64,000 nt of DNA from Podospora anserina (GCA_017654855.1 CM030334.1:1426001-1490000), one strand, 5' to 3'. Shown: positions 49,196-63,101, counted from the first letter of the stretch. Notes: generated by a model from the sequence alone, not told the origin. Made by a program: numbers and translations.

Positions 49196-51147
49196 TTACT
49201 GCCAGAAATATCGAGTTGATGCCGATGGCTCACCCGTATTTGGTGGGAGTGGCCCGTGGTTGGGTATTGATGAGCGAGATGATGATGGCTCGCCCCATTG
49301 TGGTGTTTGTAGCTGGCAACGGGCCGGTCCTGGTTGTGCTGCTTGTGATTGTGTTTGTTGAGAGTAATAAGTTCGATGTTGCTGCTGCTGCTGACTGGCC
49401 TCATATCCGCCGCCGTACCGATAAGGCGATGGTGCCGCTGCCGGTGGTGACCATGAGTTCCGACTGTATTGTTGATGATTCCCATACATTCCGTCGTCTA
49501 ATGATGCATGCCGAGTTCGAACGTAACCATGAGGGGCCCCGGCTAGTGGGTGGTGGTTCGCTTCATATGCCGCCTTTCCCTGTTCTTGATTGTTGCCATT
49601 TGGATCCCACACTGGAAGCCTATCCTGTGGTTGCGCTCCTCTCCTCGGCATGCCGTGACCATAGGCGGCCATATTTCCGTTGATACCGGTTAACGCCCAG
49701 GCAAACACGGCCACATCCCGGATCGATCGCATTAGGTCTGTTGGTAATCAGTCTCTGGTTCTCCTCGGTAATATCCAGTGGTGTCTAGACGAAAAGTTTG
49801 TTGAGAAACAGACCCTTTGCGGGACGTCCCACATCGGACAGAGAAAGGTTTCACTTACGGTCCATCGGAGGTCCGCCTGCCGCCTTGACGCTTTCGCGGA
49901 GCGGCATGTACTGGGGAAGAAATGGCGGGCGGAACGTGTAGAGGAGATCGGGCGGTATGTAGGGTTCGATCGGTTGTTGGGCCCACGGTGCTGCAAAGAG
50001 GCCATTCTGGTAGTTGAACGCCGAAGGAACCACGGGCTGCAGGTCGGGGATCGGTGGTCGTGCCCTGCGCAGCACGACGACCAGTCCGTCTGATGTGCAC
50101 GAAACCACAGCCTCCAACTCAAACGTCCGGGGCGATTGTACAGGCAAAGTGTTTGAGCTTGCCGTGGTGGCAGAACTTGCCGAGCCTTCCCTACCGTCGA
50201 GGCATATCCTGTCATCGTCCTCATCCTTGATCACAATCACCGAATCGTCGTCGATATCCATGTCGTTGCTATCCGAGTTCGCTCTGCTGCTGTTGTCGTC
50301 CAGGTCTTCGTCCTCGTCCTGCTCATCCTCACTCTCATCCGCCTCGTGTTCCGAGTTGGCCCGCGGATCTTTGTACCAAAAGCGAAGATAGGCGATCGAC
50401 TCGTTTTCTTTGGCGCCCTCTAGACACCTGGATGCTCGTTCCATACAGTCTTGTTGAATGCAGTCGTAAAATGACTTCTCCATCAGCTCCTCGGCAGAGA
50501 GGCCCACGATCTGCGCAACCGACGGAGTAGCGTACATGATGTTGAGCTCTAGACTAAACCGGTTCAGAATCAGGGCGGCACGGGGCTCCCGTTCCATGGC
50601 GGGCATCTTGAACTTGGGTGAGAGGTGCTCAAGCATGTGGTAGCGGGGATCCAATGGTGAGCAGGAAAACTTTCTTCGAATTTGCGGAGCCTCCTTTGCT
50701 CTCCCTGAATAACATGTTAGCGAATATTGTGGTGGACAGACGCACAGGACGTACTCTCGCTCTTGTCGCCTCTGGAGTAAATGCTGATAGACGCCACCAA
50801 GACGGTGTGGACGACAGTGAAGCAGCATTCGCAGTTGACATATTCACCCTTGCTGGACAGGATTCGGGCATAGTGCAAGACGGCCGCCTTGTCCATAAGC
50901 ACGCCTCGACTGTGGATCGAGCGTGCGAACGGCACCTCGTCCGGGTGGAAGTACTCAAAGCATGATTTCCCCTTTACTTCGTCCGGGTGATAACCGAGAA
51001 TATCGAGGATGGAATCTGATGCGAAGAGGATGTTGGCATCGGGTGTAAGGTCTAGCAAAAAACACGTCATTAGTTCGCATTCATTCCGATATCAGTCCGT
51101 CTCAACATACTGTGTATGGTCATAAACGTTTGGTCGCGGGGATCCAT
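49196..51147 (-). CDS. Double PAS-domain protein, multi-exon
   Basis: MDPRDQTFMTIH/..ILFASDSILDILGYHPDEVKGKSCFEYFHPDE; second PAS (IMYATPSVAQIVG..KSFYDCI); FMRSIRDVAVFAWAL. Confidence 0.85.
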
Positions 51148-54100
51148 CTGTGCTGAGTATCGTGGGGCTGCTCCAACGAGCGGTCCTGAGTTGCAAAATA
51201 GGGGTCACAAAAACTCCTCCATGCGTCGTTGGAAACGGCAATAGATAAATCAGTCGAGAGGGGGCTCGGTCCGAGAGGCTAGTCTCAGAGAGGAGCGTCC
51301 GAGTAGTCACAAGAAAAGAACCTGCGCAGTGCAAGGACAGAAAAAAGAGACCACAAGGAGCCGGCGGTCTGGGGCAAAAGAGCCTGGGGCGAATTGGACC
51401 CTACAGATGGTTTCGTGGGACTTCCCAAGCCGGGGAAGGAAAGACCGAAGGTCCCACAGGACACAGGGAGCTACGACAAGCCTTTGGGGTGACGGTGAAG
51501 GCCGCCTTGGGGGGTCTCGCCTCTGCGTGCTGTCCTCGACCGCTGCGTCTCGTTGCTGATAACCGAGGCGGAGTAGGACACAGATCCCGCCGTCACCTGG
51601 GAGCGGATATATCAAGTCTCGCCCGTTCCACGGCCGGGCGGTTCTAGAGCTGCTGGCGGAAAAGGGAGGGCCGGCGAGGAGCGGGCGGAGAGGGCGCGAG
51701 AAGCCCTGGAAGCCTTGGAGAGAACCGGCAGGGTGCAGACACTCGCTGACAAGCAGCCGTCGACTCCTTGGCCGGCGTCACAGACAGAGTGGTAGCAGAA
51801 AGTGGTCGCAATGTCGCACGGCTGGTAATGTCTGGGCTTCCTCGGTTTGGTGCAGAGCGCGCAGAACCAGAGGCACGGGGGCGGGCGGTGTTGCAAAAGG
51901 GGGGATGATGCGTGCGTGGGCGTGTGGTGGGTGTGCTATGTGAGAGCTGTGAGCTGTGTGTGTGGTGCGGGTGTGCTGTGTGTACGTTGTGTGTTGTGGT
52001 GCTCAGTGGTGGTGGAGGGGTCGCCTGGTAAGAGGAGAAAGAAGCGTGTCGGTGACGCCCAACAACAGACACAGGCTATCTTCTGTGATATATATCTGCT
52101 TGCTGTCTCTGCTGTTCGCGTGCTGTTGTTGTTGATGGTACAGGGACAGGCTGATAATGTAGTTGAAAGCAAAGAGAAGGGCGAGCGAGCTGTATTAGAT
52201 TACTGGCTGATCAAACGGAGGACACTGGACCGAGTTGGGGAGGTGCCAAATGTTCCGCTTTCTCCCCCCGTGGACCGCGGGACTTGATAAGCGGGAGCGC
52301 GGACAAGTGTCAGGGAAGATGCCTGAACAGGTGCAGACGGTAGCAGGCGATCCTCGGTAGAGCAATTGGTCGGGGGGGAGGGGGGAGCAGATGGAGGGAG
52401 AGGAAGCACGGGGAGGACCTGAGGAGGGTGGGGGGGGTGGTGGTTGGCGACGGGGAGAAGATGGTGGTTCCCTTTGCAGTTCTCTTTGGGCCCTCTCCGT
52501 GCCTCTCCGGGATCCAATCCCGCCGGCTCTCAGGGCAATTTCTGCTCCCCACAGCGAGACTACCAGGTGCCGAAAAGGAGGGCCTAGCCTTATTTAGTTG
52601 CGCTGGCGAGCGGGAGCAAATGCTTGGCAGTTCTTGGTCATAGCAACAACATCATTTCGCGGCCCTCCACCACCACCTTCATATCAGAGGTTTGGGATTG
52701 TGACGAAATGACTGCTCCAGAGCCCGCATGCACAACGCAGCCAATGGCTCCAGGAAACACGCTCAAGCTTCTCAGCAAGCCAGCCTGACTGGATGTCCAC
52801 ATCGGAGCCCCATGCCCCCAGATATTCCCAACGGGGGCATGATCATCGAGCATGCCCAATGCGTACGACTGGCGTGGATGTACTAGCTAGTACAGACTAT
52901 TCCAGTGCTTGGCCTAGAAAATATCTGGTGGGGTGAGATATGTACGAGAGGTGACGAGTGCAACAGAAGGTTGGCTTTCGTCCCAATTGAGGAGGAAAGC
53001 ATGAGGATGACAGGTCGTACGTGTCTCCAATTCTGGACGAACCGGGACACAATGCTCTCTGGTCCCTTGGGAGAGCCGAAACGAAACATTCATCATCAAA
53101 ATGTTTTCAGTTTTTGAGAGTTTTTTGTTGATTGCCACCTTCCTGCTCTCTTGAGCAAGGGACAGCGAGAGAGAGACGGGCTGATCGCAGCAATAACAGG
53201 GCTGTTAAGCCTGTCAGTTCCAGGGTTCAGCGGGAGAGGGGAGAGTTGGCGCCGGCTAATATCAACGACAGCTGGTCCCGCTGGCCCCTCCCGTCCGCCG
53301 TCCCTTTGAGAACACTGGTGATATCTTCAAAGTTCGGGCTCCAAGCAGCGGGATGGCTCGTGATTGTGTAAAAGCTCCGGGACCGAAGTCTGCCCTGGCC
53401 CTTTTGCCCACACAACAAACAAACCACCGCTCGACAAAAGCCGGCATGGCGAGCCAGTGCCTGCCGAGACAGTACGTGCGTAGCTTGTGGTGGTGGTTAC
53501 GCAAAGTCTTGGCAACGTCTGAAGCTCTGTGCAACGGCCACAAGAGAGAGAAGAGTGTGAAGAGCTCCCCACCTCTGCTCTTCGCGACCACCGACAATCG
53601 TTCCACCTTACGGACTCGCACGACGTGTCTCTGCTCTCTCTATCCGCCTCGTCTCTGCGTCTTTCGATGCTCAGCTGAAATTCCTGATCTCGACTTGAAG
53701 CCATAGCCAAGCATCGTACATCGCAGAGCTATTATGGTTCGGGAAATTTCAGACGAGATGGCCGCGATGGCCAGGCCGTTGTAAAAATCGAGGCAGACTC
53801 GAGCATCGGAATTTTTTCTTCTTGCTGCTGATCAACTGCAGTTTTGGCACTGGCGTCATTCCACCGTCAGAGTGATCTTCAGGGCCAGCTGCTGTTCGAA
53901 TCCCAGGGATGATCATTGGCTAAGTGGCCCACAGCTGCCCGACGGTGACCCGAACGCGACGGAGAGAGAAACCTGCGTACTGGGATTGATGTCGTACAGT
54001 GAACCCTGGTAAGTGACAGCTAACGGGGACAGTGGTCGGCGATGATAATCCCCCTCTGTCGCGTGAATCGATATTTGACATCAATGACATGGAGAACTTT

Positions 54101-55137
54101 TCAAACCCAGTTGTGGAAGGGGGGCCCCATCAGAAGTGCATTTGTTGGCCTTGGCGTGGGGTTTGGGGGGGGGTCTTGGCCTTCTGTTCTGTGGAGCTCC
54201 CGAAGCTTTTCGGGCTGGCTGTCAGCGGGAACCTCCGTTTCTGTGCATGAAGCCGCTCCGACGTCCGGTCTTGGTATCCGGGACGATGCCCTCCCGTCGG
54301 CGATGGCGTTGATGGATACGTTTATACGAGGGCTGGAGCCTCATTCCGTGGTGTTTCTATTCGCTGGTTGTCCACCCCTGTCGAATATTCAGATCCCATC
54401 CCAAACCGCTGCTCGGTGACTGCATCTGGGTAAGGGTTGTTGAAGCAATTCCGAATGTGGGTCCGAACATCGGGGGCTCAAGTCAGTGGAATGTTTCCTG
54501 CACCTCTTTCTTCCGTCAGTAGATGTCGTTTCAGGGCGACTGAAAAAGCAACGAGGTGGGTGATACATCATTCGATACTCGCATATCATGAAATTCTCCA
54601 GACCCTAATCGGGGCGAGGCTACGAGACTCGAGGGTTGAAGACGTTGACAGCTGCCATCCATGTCTCATAGGGTGGTGACCGCGGGGTAGCTGGAGGTCT
54701 GGTAAAGGCAAGTGGGTCTCGCTTTCTAAGTGGAAGTCGCGACGCGCCACGCGTGTCAAGTGCAAGTAAGAAGTAGCGACTGCCAATATGTGAAGTTAAA
54801 AAAAAAATCAACAGCAATTCGTACCGACCCTGATGGTCAAGTTGGGTGATTTTTCATCATCGCTGTAAACCCTTCCTCGTCATACTAGCCGTAAACAAAC
54901 GAAAAGTCTCACAGCCACCGGTATCTGTACCACCTTTTTGGAATCTTGGATAGTGGCTTCCGGCCTTGTCTCCGGACCACCCGGCCACCCGGCCATCTTC
55001 CGAACCCCCACCGACCGTCACGGTCCGGCAGCCAACAGTTTCGGCCGGCCCCGTTTCGATGTTTTGAAGCTGGGCCATTGGCCTCACAGCATGACAACCA
55101 ACTTCAGCAGCAACCAACCTCCTCAGCATAACAACAA

Positions 55138-56862
55138 ATGCCAGCATCAAAACAACCAACTTCATCCAATATGCCACCAATATCAGACGAGTGGGAGCTT
55201 CCACGCCTGCGTAGCTCATTTCAGCTGCACGAAGATGCCGTGAGGGACGAGGGTAAGTGTTTCATCGACTTTATTTGCGACTCTCACATGCTAAACATAC
55301 CAATTAGATCTCGCCGAGTTCTTCGACGTCAAATTCTACCCCTACAACCCACCAGGCGCACCCCCAGTGTTCGCGGCCACAAGCAAGAAGCATGTCGTCG
55401 TCGTCCGCATGGTGCCAACCACAGACAAGGACCAGAACCCTTGCAAAGTCATCCAAATGATCAGAGATGCCGACTCAGGCGCCAACAACTACACGTGCTG
55501 TTGGTCCAAGGATTCAGACACGGAAGATCCCTGGCTGTGTGTGGCCGGCAAAGATGCCAAGATCAAGGTGTACGATATCAGGAGAGGAAAGCTCGTCAAG
55601 ACGCTGGTCGGTCACGGCGGCGACATCAGCGATCTTGCGACCTCTCCAGCGTGTCCTACTACCATAGCCTCTGCTTCAGACGACACGACTATTAAGCTTT
55701 GGAGTCTGGCAAAGGAACATGACAAGCAGCCGTGTATCTGCATTTTGGGAGGCGAGGGGCATCAATACAACTTGCTGACTGTGGCGTTTCACAACAATGG
55801 AAGATATGTCTTGTCTGCCGGGCATGATCAGATTATCAATCTTGTGAGTTCACTTCTCCCGTCACCATATCTTCTCACTTTTCATCGACAGCGCATCACT
55901 AACATCCACCAGTGGGCCCTCCCCGAGTTCCCAAAGGAACACATCAACGTTCCCATCGTCCTCCACTACCCTCATTTCTCCTCCTCCGAAGTCCACAACA
56001 ATCTCGTCGACTGGTGAGCCTTTTTCACCCTCCTTAACCACCAACCTTGTTACTAACCCCCCGCAGCGTAGCCTTCTATGGCGACTTGATCCTCTCCCGC
56101 GCCTGCCACGAAGACACCATCGTCCTCTGGCGAATTGAAGGTTTCTCCTCCTCCGATCCTATCCCCGGCCCCCTTGACGCTCCCACACCAACCGACATGG
56201 CCAAGCAAACCCGGTCATACTTCAACCCTATCCCTTCCAAAGCCCGCCCGGCCATGTTCACCCGTCTAGCGCAATTCCACACCCCTGATTGCGGTGTCCA
56301 GTTCTATATGCGCTTCCGAATGTTCCACGCCGAGGGGAGGCATCCCATCTTGGCATTTGCCAATGCAAAGAGCAAGACCATGTTTTGGGACTTTTCACGG
56401 TTTGGGGCGTATAGGGATTTTATGGAGGAGTTGGAAGCAGCCAGAAAGTCGGGGAGTGGACAGGTGGTGCAGAAGCCGAGTTGGCTGTTGATCAAGAGAG
56501 CGAAGAAGGGGACCGCCGCGCCGGCGCACCAGGATGCGGCGGCTAGTTTGAGGGCTGCTGCTGGGGATAAGGAGTCGATGGTTTCGGCTAGTCCCGACCC
56601 GGAGGGAGGCGGGAGTGCGATGGCAACGCTGGGGAATTATAATCAGGATACGCTGAATCACTGGAAGGAGATGTATGACTTGTCGAACCCGGCGGGTTTG
56701 ATCAGGCCGCACAAGGTGCAGGGGGTGGACGGTTCGTTTGTGGGGAGGCAGGTGGGTTGGAGTCCGGGAGGGGAATGGTGTGTGGTGGTGGGGAATAAGA
56801 ATAGGGCTTTGATTTACCAGCGGGGGGCTAGGGAGAAGGGGGTTGCGACGCCTGTTACCTAG
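55138..56862 (+). CDS. EED: PRC2 WD40 subunit EED/ESC, multi-exon
   Basis: EFFDVKFYPY; NYTCCW; TLVGHGG..IASASDDTTIKLWSL; AFH..GRYVLSAGHD; IVLHYPHFSSSEVHNNLVDCVAFYGDLILSR; FYMRF; RQVGWS; three introns. Confidence 0.9.
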
Positions 56863-57140
56863 TTGTATTGATGGGTGGTTTTTTAAAGTGGATTGGTTAT
56901 TTTTGTCTGCTTCGATCTAGACTATCCTGCTGGTAGAAGTTCAAGCATGGGGTTATGGCGGGTGGATTGAGATGGATGTTGGGTTATGAATAATCATGGA
57001 TTGGGAGAGTTGGACGATGGATGTACATTTATGTATTCCACTCAGACTAGATGTCTACACTAGCCAGCTTTTTCTAGGGCCATGGCTGAGACACCGACAC
57101 ATGTTGACTACCTGTACTCGTAATGAACAAATCCAGAGAA

Positions 57141-58654
57141 TCACGCCGGCATAGAAGAAAAGAATTGCAGTTGCGGCCCTTCCTCATCGCTTTCCTCATC
57201 TTTTTCATCGTTATCCTCGTCTTCCTCTTCTTCATCCTTATCCTCCTCCTCCTCCTCCTCATCATCATCCTCGTCATCATTCCCCAACATCTTCAACAAC
57301 TCCTCATCATCCTTCTTCAGCACCCCCTTGCCCATATCCCTCACCCCCGCGAGCAGCTTTCTCGCCTTTTGTCTTTCCTTATCCCTGACTTCATACCCCG
57401 CCCTCTTCTCCTCCTCACCAAACGGCACGCACAAATCAGCAATATACAACCCCACCATCGCCCTCAACCTAGCAAACTCCCCATCCCTCGAAAACGGCGT
57501 CGTCTCCAGCAGCGCATCCATCCTTTCAGCTATACCCCTCATCTGCCTGAGCACCTCCCTCCTCAGCTCATCCTTCTCCTCCCTAACCCTCGCCACTTTT
57601 CTCTTTTCCCTTGGGGGAGTAGGAGGTGCTTTGTGCTCCTCCTCCCCGTCAACATCCATCTCGTCGTCCGGTTCCTCCTCTATAATATCCACCTCATCCT
57701 CTACATCATAAAACTCCCCCCTCCCATCCCGTTCCTCAATCCTCTCCATCCCCCTCCGATGCAAAGCGTACACCCCCTCCATTTCCGCCGAAAACAACGC
57801 AATGTTAAACTCAAGCAGCGGACGCCCCGTAGAGTTGGGGTGCTGCTTGCTGAACGGGTGGTTCTGGATAAGATGCTGATAAAACGCCTTGAGGTTCGCC
57901 AGGTTGGCTTGTTGACGGGCGAATAACCTATCTTTCTGTCTCGATTCCCTCTCTGCGTTATCGTCGTCTTCATTTACTGCCTGCCGCTCTAGTTCGATTT
58001 GGAAAGCGCCTTTGAGTTCCCCTTCGGTGGTGATGGTGGTAGTCTCCCCTTCACGCAGTATAATCTCCGCCCCCAACTCCCACAACCTCTCATACCTAAG
58101 ATCAACCCTCCTCCCATTCACCTTTGCCCTCGCAAGCAACCCAAACGATCTTTTCGCCAGCGGGATATCACCCTCTCTGAGCGCCCTCTTCACCGTGTTG
58201 ATTAACACCCCTACTTTGTTGGTATGCGCTGCTGCCTTTCTGTCCTTTTCAAGTTCCTTTTTCTTGCTCCGACGCTTTCCTGAGGTGTTTGAGGAGGAGG
58301 CGGAAGAGAAATCTGTCTCCTCCCCTGCGGTGGTCCTGGCGCCGATGGGCCCGTCGTCGTCAGTAGTGAAGTCGGGGAGTTCATCGCCGCCTTCGTCGCC
58401 GGATTTGTCGGTTAGGTTGTTGTGAGAGGGGTCGTAGGATTGGGAGGTGTACTGGTAGCGCTTGCGGGCAGGGCGGGGGGGTCGGTGAGGGAAGCCTGGG
58501 TAGAGGTCTGAGAGGAGGGGGGAGTCGTGGGGGAGGCCGGCGAGGGTGAATTGTTTGAGGGTGGAGGGGGTGTGGGAGCGGGGGTTGATTACTTGGTCGG
58601 CGGAGGATTTGGCGGGGGAAGGTTGAGTGCGTTTGCGCTTGCGTGAGGAGGACA
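57141..58654 (-). CDS. Acidic-tailed nuclear protein, possibly RNA polymerase I core-factor subunit Rrn11-like
   Basis: ATG ~58654 (MSSSRKRKR, NLS-like); VLINTVKRALREGDIPLAKRSFGLLAR..VDLR..LWELGAEIIL resembles the Rrn11 block from memory. Confidence 0.6.
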
Positions 58655-59211
58655 TTTTGGTGGTTGTGTTCGAGGAGTGGTGATGGATGTTATGTGAGTG
58701 GTGAGTGGAAAGGTGAGATGGCGTCGTGAGATGAGCAACTGGTTGTGAGAAGGTCGCGCTTGGTGATGACAAACTTGAAAAGAGTCGAGATAGATCCCTC
58801 CAAAACGTAACTTTCAGATTTGACGAGTGCGAGATCTGTTCTGTGAAAAAGGCGGGCTAGTTGTCGTTGATGGAGTTTGATAATTGATGTGGAAGTTCAA
58901 AGATGAAATTCCAAGATTTTTTAGGTTGATAAGCTTGGGCCTTTGCGCTTGTCTAAGCTTCGGTGGCTTCGATATAGGTAACAGCAATGCACAACAACAG
59001 GCGCATCGCCTAGAACTCAAAAGTTATATATTCAAGCAGTCAAAATCATACAGGAGATGTCGACTCCGTCATTCTACGCGCCACTCAACGTGCCCAGCTA
59101 TCACATCCTTCCCGCCAGCATAAGCAACGGGGGACATGCATCTGTAATTAATCATGTACAGAGTCTTTGATGCTACACTCTTCTTCTTTTGTCTACCGCC
59201 CTCTACTCTAT

Positions 59212-60052
59212 TTAAGCAGTTCTCTCAAAAGCAACCCATTGGCCCTCGGCCGCAGGCTCCTCAAGGGGCTCCCAACTGTTCTCGTTGTTAGCGACGTGCT
59301 GTATTTCTCTCCCAATCCAGCAAACTTACACCTTGGACTCAATCATGGTATCCGTCAGCTTGAGCTCGCCCTCAGCGACCTGGATGACCTCCTCAATCAA
59401 GCCGGCACCAATCTTGTTCTCCAGCTCAGCAATCCTGCCAGAACATTAGCACGATCCTCTCCTACCACCCCACCAAGAAAACCTACTGCTCAGTAGTCAA
59501 CTGCGGCTCAGGATCCCACTCAACCTCCTTCTGCTCCAGCGCCTCAGCCCTCTCAAACTGAGTCTTGACATGCCACTCCATCTCCTCCTGCGTCCTGCTG
59601 CCCTCCAACTCCGGCCCGTCATTCACCTCCCCATCCCACTGCTGATACCGCATATCAACCTCGCTCGGCAACTGCCTCACAACAAACACCTGACCATCCC
59701 TCTCCACCTTCGCGGCCCCGAGCATCTCATTCGTAGCCGTGTTGGTCGTCCTGAACTTCTCGGGCTCCTGCTTGAGGATCTCCTTCGCCTTGGCCGCCCA
59801 CTCCTTGTACCCGGGGGGGACAACCGACTCGACGTGCGCAAGACGCTGCTTGGTCACAGCCTCGACGGACTGCCTGTAAACGGAGTGCTCGGGCACGGCC
59901 TTGAGCTTCTCGAGGGTGGCGTTGTAGAGGTAGAGGAGCATGGAGCGCGGGGCGTTGTGTGTCGGGAGGCCAGTGATACCGGTGGGCTGGCCGGGCTCGA
60001 GGTACCGCGCCGTCGGGCGGACGGACGCGAGGAGGCGGAAAGTCGCGCGCAT
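59212..60052 (-). CDS. NDUFA5: NADH:ubiquinone oxidoreductase 29.9 kDa subunit (NDUFA5 family)
   Basis: PTGITGL..LY..TLEKL..PEHSVYRQSVEA; intron ~59434-59485; IAELENKIGAGLIEEVIQVAEGE..WEPLEE..GQW. Confidence 0.92.
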
Positions 60053-60523
60053 TGTTGCGGGTGGTTTGTGTGTTGGCGACTTTGAGGAGGGGGTGGAATT
60101 GTAGCCGCAACAGCGGGAATTGGATAGCTCTCTCTCTCTCTCTCGACGTCAGCAGCCTTCCCTGCTAGCTAAAACCCAATTGCCATTGCTTGCTTGCCAA
60201 TTGGCGGCTGGAGGTGGGGCATTCTGGGCCTTGGCCGTCACGTGATACCCTTGACTTACACCTCCCTTTCTGGCAAGATCGTCATCATTTTTGGATGGGG
60301 ATAAAGAGCGAACTGTGAAAACAAGCTGATCCCCAAAACATCATGGCTCCGTTCCCATGATTTTTGACATTGACCAGGCGTCAGAGTTGTGATGTAACTT
60401 CTACCGTTTACCTCCAACCGTTGACATAAAGCGGGGCCGACCGATCAACCTCACTCTTCACCTTCTCACCTCACCACACGCTCTCTCTCCCATCCCTTTA
60501 GGTCTGTCTCTTCTAGGACCAAC

Positions 60524-61711
60524 ATGGTATCCAAGATGACCAACCTACTGTCAACCCTCCACCTCAACCTCCTCACCCTCCTCTCCAACCTCTTCTCCCA
60601 CCTGACCTCCCTCTTCTTCTCCCTCCTCTCCCTCACTCACGCCCTTCTTATCGTTTTGGGCTTCACCCGTCCTAATCAATGGGAGCCCCCCACATTCCTC
60701 GACTCCCTCCTCTATTCCCCCCTCTTACACCTCACCACCAACCTCTACCAAACCCTCCTCTTCCTCCGCGGCCACCCCTTCCATCCACCCCCTCACCACT
60801 CCCGCATACGAGTAGTCTGTCTCTCCGACACCCACTCCCTCCGCCCCCCCTCCATCCCCAGAGGCGACCTCCTCATCCACGCAGGGGACCTTTCTGCAAC
60901 CGGAACATTCGACGACCTCCAAGACCAAATAAGCTGGCTTTCTTCCCTTCCGTTCAGACACAAGGTTGTTGTCGGCGGTAATCACGATTGTTTCCTAGAC
61001 AGGGCAAGCTCCATCCATCGGACCAGAGGGCAAAAGGAAAAGAGGAAACTGGATTGGAAAGGCGTGGTGTGGTTGCAGGATGAGTTGACAACCCTAGAAT
61101 TTGAGGACAGGGAGGTGGGGGGAAAGAGGAAATTGAACATCTTTGGGAGCGGTTGGGTCAGGAGGTGCGGGGGTGATGATTTTGCGTTTCAATATGATGA
61201 CGAGAGGCCGCCTTGGGAAGGGAGAATCCCGGTTGAGACGGATGTTTTGGTTACGCATTGTCCTCCGGTTTGCTTACCCCTTTTTTTGTCGTCACAGATG
61301 TGGGAGATGCTAACGAGAGAACAGAAAGGCCACCGCGACTTGCTGCTTGGTTGTCCTTCGTTGCTGGCCGAGCTGTGGAAGGTGAAACCGAAGCTTCACG
61401 TGTTTGGGCATGTTCATCACGGGGCGGGGGTGGAGAGTGTGTTCTTTGATGAGTGCCAGGCGGCGTATGAGGGTCTTGTTTTGCGGACGGCGGCGGTGGA
61501 AATGAGTATGCTGAAGAGATGGTTCGATTTTCAGGGGCTGAAATATGCGTTGAGTATGTTGAGGTATGGGCTGCAGAGTGTGCTGTGGAAGTGGATCATG
61601 GCTGGGCCGGCGAGTAACAATGGGGGAGTGTTGGTTAATGCTGGGGTGATGAAGGGGAATACGGGCAGATTGAGGAAAGGAAGGGGGACGGTGAAAGTGG
61701 TTGATTTGTGA
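60524..61711 (+). CDS. Calcineurin-like metallophosphoesterase (MPPED/239FB-like)
   Basis: CLSDTH, IHAGD, GNHD, LVTHCPP and HVFGHVH motifs; 57-nt intron 61268-61324. Confidence 0.9.
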   Translation: MVSKMTNLLSTLHLNLLTLLSNLFSHLTSLFFSLLSLTHALLIVLGFTRPNQWEPPTFLDSLLYSPLLHLTTNLYQTLLFLRGHPFHPPPHHSRIRVVCLSDTHSLRPPSIPRGDLLIHAGDLSATGTFDDLQDQISWLSSLPFRHKVVVGGNHDCFLDRASSIHRTRGQKEKRKLDWKGVVWLQDELTTLEFEDREVGGKRKLNIFGSGWVRRCGGDDFAFQYDDERPPWEGRIPVETDVLVTHCPPVCLPLFLSSQMWEMLTREQKGHRDLLLGCPSLLAELWKVKPKLHVFGHVHHGAGVESVFFDECQAAYEGLVLRTAAVEMSMLKRWFDFQGLKYALSMLRYGLQSVLWKWIMAGPASNNGGVLVNAGVMKGNTGRLRKGRGTVKVVDL

Positions 61712-62021
61712 TTGGTGGTGGAAAATAGAAGTGGTGATTGGATTTTAGGATGGTGTTTCGGGAATGGATTCATTGTTTGAGTTTTTTTTTTCTTGATCAT
61801 TGCGAAGTGAGATAAATAAATGAATAAAGTGTAATATCATTGTTGTGTTTTCGGCTGTTCGTGGATTCTCTTGTGATGTTGGTTGTCAGGTGGTGGTGGA
61901 TAAAAGTCGGGAAAATACAAGTTGGTGACGACTTTGTTTGAAGAGGCTAGGTCGTGGTGGTCGGAGAGTGGAAGGAAACATGGAATTACCAGCTTTTACG
62001 GGACAGGTTGTTTCCTCGAGT

Positions 62022-62024
<3 letters not shown>

Positions 62025-62088
<64 letters not shown>
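62025..62088. repeat. (GA)n microsatellite
   Basis: Read directly. Confidence 0.97.
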
Positions 62089-62089
<1 letters not shown>

Positions 62090-62378
62090 GCAGCAGAGAA
62101 GTTGGTAGCAGGCCACCACACGAAATATCATGAAAGCATCAGTGTCAGCCATTCAGAATAGCTTCAGTTGTGGAAACAACCGGGCTATCTTGATTATGTC
62201 TATGGCCAAGTACCCGACCACAGTCAAGATGTATTGACAGATCATCATCAAGGCTACAGACGAGCACGTGGACTTGGAGGGGGGCTTCAAGCCCGGGAGC
62301 GATAGCCCAAAAGGCCCTGCCGTTCGGTACAGCGCCAACCGCCGGTCACAACAGCAACCAATAGGTCCATCAAGGGGT

Positions 62379-62590
62379 TCCAGCGTGGTGTAACGGTTAG
62401 CACGAGCGCAGGCTCTCCCATTCACGACGTTTGACTAAGTCTAGGTCGTGGGTTCGAACCCTAGTGCTAGTACTGAAACGGCCGAGTGGATGCGCTTTGT
62501 CCTGTTCTCATATTATTGGGAATATATTAATGACAACTGTCATAAAGACGAGGTTCTAGGTTCGAGTCGTAGGCGCTCCCTTAAGTTTTT
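62379..62590 (+). pseudogene. Degenerate tandem tRNA-like sequences
   Basis: A box TGGTGTAACGG with D stem; B box GGTTCGAACC; second A-like GGCCGAGTGG and B-like GGTTCGAGTC; then TTTTT; stems imperfect. Confidence 0.55.
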
Positions 62591-63101
62591 AGCTCTTTCT
62601 GTACACCGAACCTGATTGTAGTTATCCCGACTTTGATGTCCCGTCCGGCCTTGAAGGTGGTGATGAAGATGTGTTCAGATGTTTTGGTATTGCAAAGCAC
62701 TTATTTTTGGCCAGCTGTCAGAGACCGTGTCTGTAAATTATACTCAGCCAGTCTGGTCTTCACAGGGAGAGACAAGCTCCTCTTTGTCATCAAGCTCAAA
62801 CTGTTGATCACTCATTATAGTCAGAGACCTGGTATTTGAGTGACAACAAAGTCACGATAGAGATGCTTTGTCGTTCAATATGTAGATGAGATACTACCGT
62901 GTTGACTACCAAACCTACGTTCCAGGATCTGTCCAAACCACCACCAAACAACAACAGACTCAAAATGGTAAAACTCCACCATTGAACGCAAAACCATGCC
63001 AGCACTCAACTTCGTTGCTTCCCTCTCCCTCTCCTGCTCCTTCCCTCCCCCACTTGCCCCTCTGACTTACTCTCCCACCTGCTCCTTCCCCCTTTGCCTT
63101 G

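Noticed and set aside
51200-55100. Many short ORFs in the long region between the PAS gene and EED
   Set aside because: No codon bias or domain signal; likely promoter or 5'UTR sequence
55138-56862. Functional link between EED or NCL1 and the tRNA-like array
   Set aside because: Only proximity (9-14 kb) in a gene-dense eukaryotic region of unrelated housekeeping genes
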